NCBI GenBank assembly: GCA_038143065.1
Contig: JAYQLI010000035.1
Span: 448,001-512,000, forward strand
DNA from: Rhodospirillales bacterium
GTDB lineage: Bacteria; Pseudomonadota; Alphaproteobacteria; Bin95
Direction of reading: 5' to 3'
Length of the DNA stretch: 64,000 bases
A program made the position numbers and the translations under genes. Within the stretch, counting starts at the first letter, position 1, and each line of letters starts with the position of its first letter. Below the pieces are notes generated by a model. The model was not told the origin of the DNA, did not search any database, and saw only the letters and a program-made list of their open reading frames with translations. Of this stretch, positions 44,405 through 56,097 are shown piece after piece.

Positions 44405-44850
44405 ATGATGGAGAGGCCAGTATCTAGTGTTCTATTTGCTTGTACCTCTAATTCTATTCGATCGCGGTTAGCAGAAGAGCTTGCACGATGGCGAACACGG
44501 GGGCGGGTTCATATAACCTCGTGCGGGGTAAAGCCAGGCGTTCGTGATGGTTTTGTAGCTGAGGTGCTTGATGAAATAGGCTTAGAACTATCAGATCAGG
44601 AAACTAGAGGCTTTCGAGACCTTGAAGATTCAGATTTTGATTTGATTATTACTTTGTCGCCAGACGCCCACAATGCTGCATTAAAATTTGCCAGAAACCT
44701 GGCAACAGTCGTCAGTATTGGCCGACCGTTGATCCCTCTTTGGTGGAAGGTAATAGAGAGCAAAGATTAGAGGCCTATCGTCGAACCCGTGATGAAATAC
44801 AGCAGCGCATCACAGCTAGGGTATCGGGATCTTCAGCACCCGTGGTATGA
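44405..44850 (+). CDS. Low-molecular-weight phosphatase / ArsC-like protein (frameshift ~44710)
   Basis: VLFACTSNSIRS P-loop, FDLIITLSP; continues YWPTVDPS..GNREQRLEAYRRTRD. Confidence 0.85.
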
Positions 44851-44857
44851 AAACGTT

Positions 44858-45442
44858 ATGATAAAGCCCAATTTTATTCTTGCTTCTGCATCACCTCGGC
44901 GGATCGATCTTCTATGTCAAATCGGAATTTCTGCTGACAATGTCGTTCCCGCCGATATTGATGAGACGCCATTGGCGAAAGAATTACCCAGGCAACTGGC
45001 AAAGCGCCTTTCATTATTAAAGGCAAAGACTGTCGCAACATCCCACCCAGACGCGTTTGTGCTTGCAGCTGACACCGTAGTTGCGTGTGGTCGACGTATT
45101 CTGCCAAAGGCAAACAGGGTTGAAGATGCGGAACAGTGCCTGGGAATGCTTTCAGGTCGGAGTCACCGAGTTTTTAGTGGTATCGCTTTAATTACCCCAA
45201 AATCAGAAGTTTTTGCTCGGATTGTTGAAACATCGGTTACCTTTAAGCGTCTAGATAAGAAAGATCTTTCCTCGTACTTGCGTAGTGGGGAGTGGGAGGG
45301 AAAAGCGGGTGGTTACGCAATTCAAGGTCTTGCGGCTGGCTTTATTCGTCAAATCAAAGGTTCGTACTCAAACGTGGTAGGACTTCCCCTATTTGAAACT
45401 ACTCAGCTTCTTCAGGGCGCAGGCTTCCAAGTCTTTAAGTGA
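44858..45442 (+). CDS. maf: Maf family nucleoside triphosphate pyrophosphatase
   Basis: ILASASPRR, DIDETP, LAADTVV, GKAGGYAIQG, GSYSNVVGLP. Confidence 0.95.
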   Translation: MIKPNFILASASPRRIDLLCQIGISADNVVPADIDETPLAKELPRQLAKRLSLLKAKTVATSHPDAFVLAADTVVACGRRILPKANRVEDAEQCLGMLSGRSHRVFSGIALITPKSEVFARIVETSVTFKRLDKKDLSSYLRSGEWEGKAGGYAIQGLAAGFIRQIKGSYSNVVGLPLFETTQLLQGAGFQVFK

Positions 45443-46734
45443 TGGCTGATATGATCGACCGTGTCATTTTAGAGGTGTCTCCGGGGCAAGCTAGAGCAGT
45501 GGCTTTTGTTGGAGATGAACCTTGGGAAATAGCCATTGAACGTCTTAGTAACGAACCATCGGAGGGCGATATCTTTCGGGCTCGTGCAGGAGCACCAGGG
45601 CCAGATGGAGGTCGCTTTTTTGATCTCGGTAATGGAAGAGTTGGTTTAGCTAGAAGAGCCAAGTCAGATTGGACTGAAGGTAGTTATGGGCTTGTTCAAG
45701 TCTTGCGAGGTGATGCAGGGGATAAGGGGGCTCGGGTAACAGACAGAGTATGGCTTAACCAAGGAGGTTTATCAGTTTCATTAGGCGCCGATGGTAAAAA
45801 GAGCGATCGGGTCGAGATCTCACGAGGATTACCCAAGGCAATTCGTTCCGAGCTCCGTGATCGACTTGAGTTGACTTTACCTAAAAGTGTAGCAGTCCGT
45901 GTTATGCAGGCATCACCAGGAGAGATTGAGGCTGATGTTTGGGCAATGGCCAAGTTTTGGGAAATCTTTGAAAATATTGGTGGAAGTCCAAGGCAGGTGC
46001 ACCAGGCTCCTGGAGAAATTGAGCAGCTAGCTACTAGGGCTAGGTCAGCTACATGGGTGGCAGCTGACCTTGCAAGCAATGTGTGGGCAGGAAGTTTTGG
46101 GGTTAGCTTTGGTAAACCTGATCAAAGCGTTGCTTTGGAAATTGATCGTTCGATATCCACGGGATTAGATAGTCAGGTTTACCTTCCTGGAGGCGGAAAT
46201 CTTTGGATTGAGCCTACAAGAGCGTTAACAGCTATCGACATCGACAGTGGATCCAGAGAACAGGAAAACATCAATGAAGTTGCAGCTAGAGAGATCGCAC
46301 GGCAAATTCGGCTTAGGAGGCTTGGAGGGATAATTTCGATTGATTTTATTCGGTCTAACATCAAGCCAGCATTAGAAATTCTCGAAGAATTTAGCAAAGT
46401 AGATCCCTGGGCTTGGCGTGCCCCTAAAGAAGCAGATGCTGTTGGTCTTGTGAGCTTTCAGCGAGAGCGTCGTGGGCAAAGCTTGGCTAAACTCACTTCT
46501 GGAACAACTGCAATTGCTTTGGATAGCCTAAAATTTATTTGCAGATGTGCTCGTGATGGAGCCACGGTTATTGAAGCACCTGGTGCTGTCATCGATATGT
46601 TGCTTGGAGTGCTTCATAGTGAATATTTAGAGGCCCAACAACGAATTGGGGGGCCTATTGAGTTGGTGAGAACTAAAAAGTCTGGGGAGGTTTTCATCAA
46701 GGATCGGAATGGTAAGGTTCTGCAGCAAATTTGA
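45442..46734 (+). CDS. Ribonuclease E/G family protein (divergent)
   Basis: LVQV..DKGARVT, LPGGGNLWIEPTRALTAIDIDSG, EIARQIRLRRLGGIISIDF; between maf and yacG. Confidence 0.82.
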   Translation: MADMIDRVILEVSPGQARAVAFVGDEPWEIAIERLSNEPSEGDIFRARAGAPGPDGGRFFDLGNGRVGLARRAKSDWTEGSYGLVQVLRGDAGDKGARVTDRVWLNQGGLSVSLGADGKKSDRVEISRGLPKAIRSELRDRLELTLPKSVAVRVMQASPGEIEADVWAMAKFWEIFENIGGSPRQVHQAPGEIEQLATRARSATWVAADLASNVWAGSFGVSFGKPDQSVALEIDRSISTGLDSQVYLPGGGNLWIEPTRALTAIDIDSGSREQENINEVAAREIARQIRLRRLGGIISIDFIRSNIKPALEILEEFSKVDPWAWRAPKEADAVGLVSFQRERRGQSLAKLTSGTTAIALDSLKFICRCARDGATVIEAPGAVIDMLLGVLHSEYLEAQQRIGGPIELVRTKKSGEVFIKDRNGKVLQQI

Positions 46735-46970
46735 ATGGGGCAGTCATGGTAGGTGAGAAAGTCACTCGATTTCGTGCACGAGGCAAACGCTGTCCGATTT
46801 GCAAAGAGATCGCATCTGCGGACCATCGCCCCTTTTGCTCTAAACGCTGTGCGGAAATTGATTTAGGCCGGTGGTTAGGAGAGGTTTATCGTGCTCCTGC
46901 AGAAGATGACTGGGCTGAGGCTGAATCTTGGTCTGAGAATTCACCAACAATTCTTCCGAAAGAAGATTAA
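46731..46970 (+). CDS. yacG: DNA gyrase inhibitor YacG
   Basis: CPIC..RPFCSKRCAEIDLGRW; start may be 46746. Confidence 0.93.
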   Translation: MNGAVMVGEKVTRFRARGKRCPICKEIASADHRPFCSKRCAEIDLGRWLGEVYRAPAEDDWAEAESWSENSPTILPKED

Positions 46971-46972
46971 GA

Positions 46973-48163
46973 ATGGAAACCCATATTTTATTAATTGGAG
47001 CCGGCATTGGTGGTTTAGGAGCTGCGAATGCGCTGGTAAGGGGAGGTTTTAAAGTAACAGTCATCGAACAAGCTAAATCGCTGGGTGAGGTTGGAGCGGG
47101 GGTGCAGCTCGGACCTAACGCAACCCGTGTCTTTCACAGCATGGGCTTATTAGATGATTTGTTAGCTCAATCTGTTTCGCCGAAAGCGCAAATTGCATTT
47201 TCCTTTGAAGATGGAAAGGAACTTCGTCACGTAACTTTTGCCGAAAAATTGAAGCAGACGTTTGGATTTCCTTATCTGCATGTGTATCGGCCAGATCTCC
47301 TTAATGTTTTGTCCAATGGTTGTGATATCGAACTAAAACTTGAATCCCAGGTAACGAATGTTTTTGAAGAAGATGATCGGGCAGGGGTGCGCCTATCATC
47401 AGGTGAAGAACTCTGGGCTGATGCCATTATCGGGTGTGATGGTATCCACTCAGTCGTGCGTTCATATTTGCATGGACCCATTCCTGCACGCTTTTCAGGC
47501 AATATGGCTTGGAGAGGGCTGTGTCCTGGCGATGTAGCTCGTGAGCTAGGTATTCCACGAGTTTCTGCTAATTGGTGGGGGCCTGGGCGACATTTCGTGC
47601 ACTATTATGTAGCTGGAGGCCGTTATTTAAACTGGGTTGGAATCGCGCCTCATGATGGGAGTGCAATTGAAAGTTGGAGCGCTAAGGGTGAGATCACTGA
47701 AGCCCTTCGGGATTTTTCTATGTTTGATAAACAAGTGAGAAACATAATAACTTCTACCCCTTCAACAATGAAATGGGCTTTACATGATCGCGACCCATTA
47801 CCTTTCTGGTCCAAGGGGCGGATAAGTCTTCTTGGTGATGCTGCTCATCCAATGCTGCCGTTTATGGCTCAAGGGGCAGCACAATCTATTGAGGATGGTT
47901 ATGTTTTACGTCGATGTCTTGAAGATTGTGAGCACGTCATTGAGGGGCTTAGACGATATGAACAAAATCGATTAGAGCGTACTGCTTGGGTTCAACAAGG
48001 AAGTAGAAAAAACGAAACTCTGTTCCATTTATCCGACCCAAAGGAGGTTGCGGCTAGGAATTCTCGTTTACAGGCGGAAGTTGATACCAACATTCAACAA
48101 GTTCAGCCCGATCAATCTCGTCTTTTTGGGTATGATCCGGTTAATGACCCACTAAGTAATTAG
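46973..48163 (+). CDS. FAD-dependent monooxygenase (salicylate hydroxylase-like)
   Basis: IGAGIGGL, EVGAGVQLGPNA, GCDGIHSVVR, LLGDAAHPMLPFMAQGAAQSIED. Confidence 0.9.
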   Translation: METHILLIGAGIGGLGAANALVRGGFKVTVIEQAKSLGEVGAGVQLGPNATRVFHSMGLLDDLLAQSVSPKAQIAFSFEDGKELRHVTFAEKLKQTFGFPYLHVYRPDLLNVLSNGCDIELKLESQVTNVFEEDDRAGVRLSSGEELWADAIIGCDGIHSVVRSYLHGPIPARFSGNMAWRGLCPGDVARELGIPRVSANWWGPGRHFVHYYVAGGRYLNWVGIAPHDGSAIESWSAKGEITEALRDFSMFDKQVRNIITSTPSTMKWALHDRDPLPFWSKGRISLLGDAAHPMLPFMAQGAAQSIEDGYVLRRCLEDCEHVIEGLRRYEQNRLERTAWVQQGSRKNETLFHLSDPKEVAARNSRLQAEVDTNIQQVQPDQSRLFGYDPVNDPLSN

Positions 48164-48237
48164 TAGACAAAAAATAAAAACGCCCGCGAGACATGTGGGC
48201 CTGCGAGCGCTTATTTTTAGATTATCGGCAGATAGGC

Positions 48238-48405
48238 TTATTTCATCTTTGTTTCTTTGAAGAGTACATGTTTACGAGCCTTAGGGTCATACTTCATCAG
48301 CTCGAGTTTTTCAGGCTTGGTGCGCGGATTTTTCTTTGCCACGTAGAAATAGCCAGTATCTGCGGTGCTAACCATTTTGACTTGAAGTGTTGCGGGTTTA
48401 GCCAT
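48238..48405 (-). CDS. rpmG: 50S ribosomal protein L33 (Cys-free type); absent from ORF track
   Basis: [55 protein letters not shown], 55 aa; SD AGGAG. Confidence 0.97.
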   Translation of the reverse strand: MAKPATLQVKMVSTADTGYFYVAKKNPRTKPEKLELMKYDPKARKHVLFKETKMK

Positions 48406-48547
48406 CTTTAGCGCTCCTAAATCACCGGCAGTTTATATGCCGGCAGCAGAAACTCAGTCAAGCTCTTCTAATATCATGACTTACCGATTGTGATTATTTT
48501 CGCCAGATTAGTTGATAGGATTGAAATTTGAGGTTTTTGTTCGTTTA

Positions 48548-50727
48548 TTAGCTGTTCATTGATCTTCGGGATCTTCGGCGATGTCTACGTTTTGGACGAT
48601 TTCTAGAATTTCGGGAAACTAGCGTCGTTTTTATTGATAAATTTACACTGCCAGTCGCTGGGTCAGCACTTTCTATGCGTACAGTGACACTGCTACCAAG
48701 TTTAAAAGCCGTCTTTGTGCTCCTAGACTCCATAGCCAATCCATTTCTACTTAATGTCCAGTAATCATCGGATAAATGAGCTGCTGGAACAAACCCATCT
48801 AAAATAGGTTCCAATATTCGGACAAAGAGACCGGCGCGATTTAACCCCACGATTTGGCCTTCAAACTCTTCACCGACATATTTAGTAGCTAATGATGCCC
48901 CATAGCGGTCCAATGTTGAGCGTTCGATCAGTGATGAACGGCGTTCGGTCCTGTTTATTTGCTCGCTTACATTTTCTAATTCGTCAACGCCATCCACAAA
49001 GCCATCTGGACCTAAGTCTAGTGCCTTAATCAGTGCTCTATGGACAACTAGATCTGAGTATCTCCGAATTGGGGAGGTAAAATGTGTATAGGCTGTCAGA
49101 GCAAGCCCAAAATGTCCCTGGCATTCAGGGGAATAACGGGCCTGAGCTTGAGCTCGAAGAATTAGTTCAGACAGGATTGTTTTGGTTTCTAAATCGTCAA
49201 TTCTTCTCAATAAGCCATTTAAATGTTGGGAGTTATCCATTCGAGCCCCAGGATGAGAAGCTCCAAGACTTTGAGCTGTTTCAATCAGTAAACCTATCTT
49301 TTCTGGGTCAGGTTTGTCGTGAACACGGTAGAGTGCAGTAACGTTATTTTGAAGTAGAGTTTCGGCTGCGGCGGCATTGGCCTGAACCATAAATTCTTCA
49401 ATGAGTTGATGGCTGGATAATGTTTCTCGAAGCTCCATGCCTGTTGCTTGACTATCTTCATTGAAAGCAACCGTGCGTTCGGGGAGATTTAGTTCTAGAG
49501 GACCACGAGCATCTCTATTTTTCTTTAAAGAGGCGTAGGCCGAATATAAGCGATGGATAGCCGTGCTTGCATTTGACTCCGGACTAGAGTTCGAAAGTTC
49601 ATGTGCTTGTTCATAGGTCAATCTGAAATGGGATCGCATCAAGCCACGCCCAAAGGTTGTTTTTACTCTCCTTCCATTGGCGTCAAAAGTCATATTGGCA
49701 AAAAGACATAAACGATCTTCATCTGGTTTCAACGAGCATAGGCCGTTAGAAAGCTCCTCTGGGAGCATTGGGATCGCTTTGTCAGGTAGGTATGTAGAAT
49801 TTCCTCTTAAGCGTGCTTCTGTATCTAATGCAGAATTTGGAAGTACGTAATTCGCGACCTCCGCTATAGCTACTATAATTCTCCAGCCTCTACCCGAAGG
49901 TTCAGCAAAAACTGCGTCGTCAAAATCACGGGCGTCGGAGCCATCAATCGTTAATAATTCAACGTTTCTTAGGTCAACCCGTGAACCCAAAGATGGTTTT
50001 TCTGCGGCTTTAGCCTCCGCAAGTACTTCTTCTGGGAAGTCTAATGGCGCCCCCATTTGCGCCATTAAAGCTAATCCAAAAGCGGATGGGTCGTCTGCTC
50101 TGCCGTGAAATGAAATGATTTGCGCACGATAATCTCTGCCATGCCGACCTAGTTTTGGAGTTTGCGGTTTCACAAGGACTAGATCGCCCTCGGTCAAATT
50201 TCTTTGAGGCTTTCCAGATATTCCCCAGGTGTGAGGTCTACCAGGCCGCGCTGCTTTTAGGTAAGCCGATTAGCGCCATCTCTTTGAACAACAGCAAGCT
50301 CAAATTCGTCTGTACGTCCAACTGCTTTATTTAAAATTCTGATTGGGCGAGCCACCCAACCATGCCCGTCAGGTTCTGTTCGTGCAATTAACCGAATACC
50401 TTTCGCAAGCTTATGCTCGTTACGTCTTACTTTTATACGGACCGAGGGTGCAGTACCTTCTCCCTGCCACTGAATTGGAGTGGCTAGTGGAGCTCCATCT
50501 GAGTCGGTGCCCGTAATTTCCAATATTGTAGTTGCAGGCATGCTTTGAGAAATTAGATTGCGTTTGTTTTCCAAAGCTTCGCGATAAAGATTTTTAAATG
50601 CGCGGCGCTCTTCAACGCCCTTGATGCCAAAATCACGAGCAGCCTGACTGGCCTTGTGTCGACCTTCGACAGTTGCAAGCCAGGCTCGAATATCGGCTGG
50701 CGTTGGGAGGCTAAATCCTCGCTTCAA
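48548..50727 (-). CDS. rnr: Ribonuclease R (frameshift ~50200-50260)
   Basis: TIDGSDARDFDDA, MLPEELSNGLCSL, LIEEFMVQAN, GHFGLA..YTHFTSPIRRYSDL, C-terminal S1; topA-rnr-rpmG order. Confidence 0.9.
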
Positions 50728-50739
50728 TTTTATTCTGCT

Positions 50740-53334
50740 TTAGCCTTTGTTTTCTTTTAGGTTTAGCTTTTGCTTTTGATGCATTTTTTTTGGACGAACC
50801 CTTCGAAGCCTTGGTTTTCGATTTTCCACCAGATTTTTGGCAATTAGTTCGACAGCTTCCTCCATCGAAAAAGCTTCTATTTCCGCACCCTTTGGGAGAG
50901 ATGCACGAACCCTTCCGAAGTTAATATATGGACCAAATCGACCTTTCTTTATAGTGATCTCCCCACCTCCTGACGGGTGAGCACCTAAGCTTCTCAGAGT
51001 AGATGAACCTCCTTTACCTTTTTCTTTTGCCTCGGCCAGTATAGTAACGGCTCTGTTAAGGCCCACAGTGAGAACATCGTCATCCTTTGGTAATGAGGTA
51101 TACCCTCCATCATGATGGAGATAAGGGCCAAATCTCCCTAAACCCGCTTTAATAATTTTCCCACTTTCAGGATGATCGCCAACCGTTCTTGGCAAAGATA
51201 GAAGCGCCAGAGCTCGTTCAAGGGTCATTTCTGAAGGGAGGTCTCCTTTGGGGAGAGAGGCACGTTTAGGTTTGGGTGATCCTTTCTCCTCACTTGCTTC
51301 ACCGAGCTGTACGTAGTGACCGTAAGGTCCGCTGCGCAGAGTTACAGGGTGACCAGTTTCCGGATCGTCACCGAGATGTTTTGGCCCATCTAGGGCTTCT
51401 GTAGCTTTCTCAGAATTGGGCGTCGCTAATGGCCTCGTGTGCTTACATTCTGGGTAACGATTACATCCAATAAATGCACCGTGGCGCCCAAGGCGAAGAC
51501 CTAAACGGCCTTCATTGCATGCAGGGCATAATCGTGGGTCACTTACAGATTCTTCTGATGGAAAAAAGTGTGGGCCAAGCTGTTCATCGATTGCATCAAT
51601 TACTTCTGTTATGGACAGATCTGACGCTTTTCCAATTCGATCATTAAAACCACCCCAGAATTCATGGAGTAGGGTACGCCATCCCAACTCGCCATTGGAG
51701 ACATCGTCAAGCCGCTGCTCTAATTCGGCTGTAAAATCGTACTCAACATAGCGTTGGAAAAAATTCTCTAAAAAAGATGTAACTAATCGACCGCGGTCCT
51801 CGGGTATAAAACGCCGGCTCTCGAGACGGACATAGTTGCGATCTTGCAAAACTTGAAGAATGGAAGCGTAAGTAGAGGGCCGGCCTATCCCAAGTTCTTC
51901 CATAGACTTAACCGAGCTAGCTTCTGTGAAACGTGGAGGCGGCTGGGTAAAGTGTTGTTCTGGTGTTATTTTGCTGGGGCTCACAACTTCTTGTTTATTA
52001 AATGGTGCAAGTGCCTGACTGTGTTCATCTTCTGACACGTCATCTCCGCTTTCTTGATACAGAGCAAGAAAACCATCAAATGCAATTACTGAACCGGTTG
52101 CGCGGAATTTAATGCGGCTATCAGATGATGAAATAACCAAAGCTGTTTGATCAATTTTAGCCGATGCCATTTGAGATGCTACAGCTCTACGCCATATCAA
52201 ATCATATAATTTTAGGTCATCGCCAGTTAATACTTTAGACATAGTTTCCGGTGTACGGTTCATGTCTGTTGGTCGAATAGCTTCGTGCGCCTCCTGAGCG
52301 TTTTTAGCTTTACTGCGGAATTGACGAGGATCTGATGGAAGGTAGTTTTGTCCATGTTTGTCAGCGATTAGAGTACGGGCGCCTCTAACTGCCTCGGCCG
52401 ATAAGGCTACTGAGTCGGTCCTCATATAAGTGATTAGGCCTGTTGTTTCGCCATCAACTTCGAAACCTTCATATAATTTCTGAGCTATACGCATTGTAAT
52501 GCTAGTCGGCAGTCGGAGCTTTCTAGAGGCCTCTTGTTGCAGAGTAGATGTAGTGAATGGGGTGAAGGGTTTCTCGTCGTTTGACGTTTTTCTATGTCTG
52601 AAATTTTGTAATCGTTGCTAAGCGCCGAATTCATCACGGCGAGGGCGCTTGCCTCGGATGTAAGGTCAAACCTATCTAATCTCTCTCCATCGAAATGAGT
52701 TAGCCGCGCAGAAGCTGATCTGCCATCTTCAGATGTAAATACACCTTCGATTGACCAGTACTCACGCGGTGTGAAGGCCTCTATTTCACTTTCCCGCTGG
52801 CAGATAAGACGAAGGGCAACTGATTGAACCCGTCCAGCTGAGCGGGACCCAGGCAATTTGCGCCATAGTACCGGGGATAGTTTAAAGCCTACGAGGTAAT
52901 CTAATGCTCGCCGCGCAAGATATGCCTCGACCAGTTCATTATTAACTTTGCGAGGGTTGGCTACAGCCTCCTGAATGGCATTGCGTGTTATTTCATGAAA
53001 TACAACTCTAGAAACATCCTTATCGCGAGTTGTTCCAGATCCTTTCTAGTAAAGATTGAACATGCCAAGAGATTGCTTCGCCTTCACGATCTGGGTCAGT
53101 TGAAAGCAGTATCGATTCTGCTTTTTTTGCAGCTTTAGCAATATCTTTGACGCGTTTTGCAGCACGGTCATCAACTTCCCAAGACATCGCGAAATCTTCT
53201 TCCGGGCGATCTGAGCCATCTTTTGGGGGCAAGGCTCTAACATGGCCGTATGATGCTAGAACCTCATAGTCGCTGCCTAGATATTTATTGATAGTCTTGG
53301 CTTTTGCTGGTGACTCTACCACTACAAGTTTCAT
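50740..53334 (-). CDS. topA: DNA topoisomerase I, split by several apparent frameshifts
   Basis: VVESPAKAKTI, TDPDREGEAI, SAGRVQS, GLITYMRTDS (catalytic Tyr), AQEAHEAIRPT, GIGRPSTY, Zn ribbon, C-terminal GRFGPY repeats. Confidence 0.95.
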
Positions 53335-53818
53335 TACTTCGCGCTCATATTCTTATCAGATCTGACCAAGGAAATATTTTGACCTCGATCTCAAATCTAT
53401 TAGATCCACATCTAATTTGGCAACTTAAAGCAAGTTAAGTCCGGTTGAGAGCTAACATGGAAAAAAATATTTTGAAGTTAGTCTCTCGAAAATATTTTGC
53501 TTGTTCGTGTGATGTCGCATCGGCGTAGCAGTTCGTCAACTCTGTGCGCAACAAATCTGAGTCTTAAATCAAAAAAGCTCTGAGACAGTAATTTTGTTGG
53601 TGTTCGCCCCAGAAGTTAAAGTTTTGTTTTTTAGCAACAGCGAATACAGTGCAAATAACGACAAAAGAATGTTTGAACCCCAAATATGTTGGCTTGGCGA
53701 ACCCAGGCGGAGCTTCTAGTTGCAAATGGGATTTCTCGATTGATATTAATTTTGAGGCTCGACTGCCATTAATACATCTCCCGCATCAGTTGATCTCTTT
53801 GGTCCCGTAGCACGTTGG

Positions 53819-55322
53819 ATGGCCACTTTTGCGGTCTTAAGCGCCTTCTTTACCTCCATCTTTACGAGCACAATGGTTAACGTCGCTATTCCAAATGTGA
53901 TGGGTGCTTTTGGAGTAGGCCAAGGGCAGGCACAATTTTTGTCATCTGCGTTCTTAGCTACGAATACAACCGGTTTGCTCGGCAGTTCTTGGTTAATTGC
54001 AAAAATTGGACAAAGAAAAGCTTTTTTTGTAATTCAATGCCTCTTTGCTAGCACCAGTGTTTTTTGTTTTTTAGCTCCAAATTTAGAGCTGCTCATTCTT
54101 GCTCGTGTCACACAGGGCTTTGCAGCCGGCTTATTGCAGCCGCTAGTGATGCTCACATTATTTCAAGTCTTTCCGGTTGAAAAACGTGGCCTTGCCATGG
54201 GTATGTTCAGTATGGGGGTGACTGTTGCTCTTGGTTTAGGTCCCTCTATCGGGGGAGTGGTGATAGATTTTTTCAATTGGCGAGCAATATTTTCGCTCCC
54301 CTGCCTGGATTAGTTTTAGCCAGTTTTCTAGGACTTTTTTCTTGCCAGCAGAAGAAAAAAGAGCCGAAGCAGGGCGTTTCGATACCATTGGGTTTGCACT
54401 CATTAATACAACGGTATTTTGCTGGTTTATGTTACTTGGAAATGGACAGAGGTGGGGTTGGGGCTCCAGTGAAATTCTCACTTTAGCTAGCATCACTGTT
54501 CTGTGCGGCTTTGGTTTTATCTGGTCCCAAATACAGCAAAGCAATGCGCTTATCGAAATAAGTATTTTTCGTAACAAGCGCTTCGTAATGGTATTGGCAA
54601 TCTCCTTCCTCTTTGGATTTGGGAATTTTGCAACTGTTTACGCTTTTCCTATTTTTGGACAGATTGTCCAAAACTTTTCCCCCACTATTGCGGGCTCGAT
54701 GCTTTTGCCAGGAAGCTTGTTTGCTGCATTAGTTTTGCCTCTTACAGGCATGTTTGCTGATAAATCATCTCCTAAGCTGGCAATGATAATCGGTGTAGTA
54801 ATCATTGCCTTCAGTGTATGGATGCTTGCGGGAGCGGACTCAAATACGGTTTTTTGGTATGTTGCCTTCTCCTTACTTCTAGGAAGAGTTGGCTCTGCTT
54901 TTGTTTCCCCATCTGTGAATACAACAGCTTTGGGAGAGCTGGCACCGGAACAGGTAAGACGCGGGGCAGGGGTGGCCAACCTCGCCCTAATGCTCGGCGG
55001 CTCAACAGGCATAAGCGTTTATGTTCTCTTGTTAGAGAGGCGAATAGAATTTCACGCGGCTAATCTGGGTAGCACCCAAACGGCTTCAAATTCCTCGACT
55101 ATAGAGATGATAAGTGCGTTGTCAGGACCGCTTGGTCTCGCCGGAGTAGAAACTCATATTCGCGATGGTATAGCATTTAGCTACCTAGATAGAGTTGTTA
55201 TCGGACAAGCTAATATGTTGGGATTTCAAGACGGATTTGTTGCTCTGACACTGATAACGTTGATGCCACTAATACCTATCCTGCTTCTAGTTTTTAGTTC
55301 TCGAAACAGTAGGCCGAATTAG
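53819..55322 (+). CDS. DHA2 (EmrB/QacA) family MFS transporter (frameshift ~54290)
   Basis: TMVNVAIP, ARVTQGFAAG, FPVEKRGLAMG, LGPSIGG, WRAIF, LGGSTGI; many TM helices. Confidence 0.87.
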
Positions 55323-55420
55323 GAAGGAGATATTCTTCAAAGGTTTTTGTTGTGGCCTTTTTGAACAATTAAGAATTGAAATCCCCTTATTGCACCGAAT
55401 GTTGTAACTGTGTGAGGGAC

Positions 55421-56078
55421 TTAGCCTGTTAACAGGATATGAAGCTGACGAGGGCCATGAGCGCCTCGAACTAATTTTGACTCGATATCCGCAGTTCCAG
55501 ATACACCTGTTACAAAATTTATATTCCTAGGCATCAATTCGTTTGTATCCCGAAATTCTCTCCAAAAAATCCTCCATATGCCCAACAACGTTGCTTTTGG
55601 GTAAGATCACAATGTGGCGGAGGGGTAGGAATGCATAAAGAGTTGGCTGGGTTGGAGATGATATAAGCACTAAAGAACCAGTCTCTGCGATACCCCAACG
55701 AGCTCGACTAACTGCTGATCCTTGATTTGGGTCTAATGCTTCATCTGTTTCAATTTTGCCCCAACCTAAAGATTGAAGAGAGGGATCTGGTGTTATGGCG
55801 AGCTGAAGTGGTGCGTTTTGGGCTTCCAAGTACTTCTGGATTGCTGAAGGGATTTCTTTCTCTGATGCGATTAACTCAACAGTTGCTGAAAGTCGTTCAG
55901 AGGTAACTTTTGACATGAACTCGGAAATAAAATCCTGAGCCTTTAAAGCTGGTTGTGTCTTACTGGATTGGCTGAGAAGTTTTTCTGCCTCTGATGCAAT
56001 TAGAGCAGGGTCTGGGTTTCCCGAGCGTCCAATCGCACTTCGAATACGGTCCAACATTTTCGTGCGCGCATCATTCAT
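55421..56078 (-). CDS. LutC/YkgG (LUD domain) protein (frameshift ~55560)
   Basis: ARTKMLDRIR, GIAETGSL, LPLRHI; continues PRNINFVTGVSGTADIE..GAHGPRQLHI to TAA 55421. Confidence 0.85.
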
Positions 56079-56097
56079 CTTTTTACTCTAGTAAAAA

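Noticed and set aside
48170-48220. Bidirectional terminator between the monooxygenase and rpmG
   Set aside because: A- and T-tracts flank a GC-rich segment, but the stem pairs poorly as assembled; not supportable.
48193-48411. 72-aa plus-strand ORF
   Set aside because: Antisense shadow of rpmG.
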